Made by a program: the position numbers and the translations under genes. From the NCBI GenBank assembly GCA_016841265.1, contig JAENZL010000006.1, positions 27,378 through 51,377 on the forward strand: a stretch of 24,000 nucleotides of DNA. Direction: 5' to 3'. Origin of the DNA: Methanobacteriota archaeon. Lineage in GTDB: Archaea; Halobacteriota; Methanosarcinia; Methanosarcinales; Methanosarcinaceae. How positions within the stretch are numbered: position 1 is the first letter of the stretch; every line of letters begins with the position of its first letter. Shown here piece after piece: positions 23,366-24,000 of the stretch. The notes under the pieces were generated by a model. It was not told the origin of the DNA, did not search any database, and saw nothing but the letters and a program-made list of their open reading frames with translations.

Positions 23366-23415
23366 AAAGAAAAAAGAAAGAAAAAGAAAAGAGAAAGAAA
23401 AGGGTCTAAAGACCC
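23366..23415 (-). terminator. Short hairpin plus a long pyrimidine/T-rich tract downstream of the rubrerythrin-like gene
   Basis: The hairpin is gggtc-taaa-gaccc (23402-23415). On the minus strand it is followed by ttttctttctcttttctttttctttcttttttctttggg. Confidence 0.5.
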
Positions 23416-23427
23416 ATCTTCTGTCGT

Positions 23428-23811
23428 TCACTTCTGCTCATTCAGCCGCTTCAGGAAACCTTTGAGGCCTGCCTTATGACGGGCTTCATCAAGAGAGGCA
23501 CGTTCAAAGAAGAGGGCAGCCCTAGTATTGCCTTCATTCCGGGCAATTTCCGCGGCTTCGGCTTTTTCGATCTCAGCTTTGCTTTCTCCCTCGAGCATCA
23601 TTTCGAGATTTTCTACGGTAGACCCTTTGACCAGGCCCAGGATCTCGGCAACCTCGGTTGCGTGCCAGGCTTCATCCATTGCGATCTGGCGGAGATAGAC
23701 CGCAACATCAGCAAACCCTTCCTGTTCCGCAACTTTGGACATTGCAAGATACCATCCGACTTCAGTCGTCTCCCCTTTGAACGTGTCCTTTAAGATATTT
23801 TCAAGACTCAT
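23428..23811 (-). CDS. Rubrerythrin-family diiron four-helix-bundle protein lacking the rubredoxin domain (erythrin-like)
   Basis: 127 aa. Two E...ExxH half-sites are present: 'GETTEV...DEAWHATE' and 'GESKAE...DEARHKAG'. There is no C-terminal CxxC pair. Confidence 0.8.
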   Translation of the reverse strand: MSLENILKDTFKGETTEVGWYLAMSKVAEQEGFADVAVYLRQIAMDEAWHATEVAEILGLVKGSTVENLEMMLEGESKAEIEKAEAAEIARNEGNTRAALFFERASLDEARHKAGLKGFLKRLNEQK

Positions 23812-23859
23812 GAAATACCACTTCCAGATTAATTAAAAGAATATTCACTTTTCTAATAT

Positions 23860-23981
23860 ATATGTAAATCTATATCCAAACATTTTATTTCTGACAGATA
23901 TTTCTGGCAGATATGTAAATCTATATCCAACCATTTTATTTCTACCATATATGTAAATCTATGTCCAAATATTTTATGTCC
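23860..23981. repeat. Three ~33-bp direct repeats with unequal spacing upstream of the rubrerythrin-like gene
   Basis: The unit atatgtaaatctat[a/g]tccaa[a/c][c/t]attttat[t/g]tc occurs at 23860-23892, 23911-23943 and 23949-23981. Spacers are 18 and 5 bp. The window ends at 24000, so the array may continue. Confidence 0.85.
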
Positions 23982-24000
23982 AGACTTCACCTTGCAAACT

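Noticed and set aside
1-24000. Search for tRNA genes, in-frame TAG (pyrrolysine) methyltransferase genes, IS elements and integrase or att sites
   Set aside because: I saw no T-loop-like GGTTCGAAT-type motifs in a cloverleaf context. No pair of adjacent same-frame ORFs is split by a single TAG. I recognised no transposase or integrase motifs. This was a by-eye search only and is not exhaustive.

Overview
This window is an archaeal chromosomal segment of the Methanosarcinales type, most likely a Methanosarcina. Two points support that: the membrane-bound heterodisulfide reductase genes hdrE-hdrD are present, and so is a DmrX-type dihydromethanopterin reductase. From memory, unverified, the gene order fits the M. 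mazei region between hdrED and dmrX. Coding density is high (about 50% GC), and the intergenic spacers are AT-rich and full of repeats.

Gene order from left to right:
- A translationally coupled nurA-herA pair on the minus strand.
- A divergent AT-rich island with a 4-TM protein.
- A PHP-domain phosphoesterase.
- A six-gene family-5 (peptide/nickel type) ABC importer cluster led by a small surface-anchored protein.
- A minus-strand tetrahydromethanopterin-linked cluster: TIM-barrel plus methanogenesis-marker-domain-9 protein, CitG-like protein, DUF447 protein and dmrX.
- The RNase P RNA gene.
- A geranylgeranyl-reductase-family flavoprotein.
- Two tandem Cys-rich DUF116-like membrane paralogs.
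- hdrE-hdrD.
- A small siroheme sulfite-reductase-like protein.
- A rubredoxin-less rubrerythrin-like protein.

I found no tRNA, rRNA, CRISPR array, IS element or in-frame amber (pyrrolysine) gene.

The most interesting material:
- The three uncharacterised enzymes co-clustered with dmrX.
- The stand-alone NurA-HerA module next to a compositionally foreign membrane-protein island.
- The DUF116 pair and prenyl-reductase paralog beside hdrED.
- A recurrent pattern in which the last codons plus stop codon of several genes are tandemly duplicated downstream.

All functional calls rest on motif recognition by eye. No database search was run.
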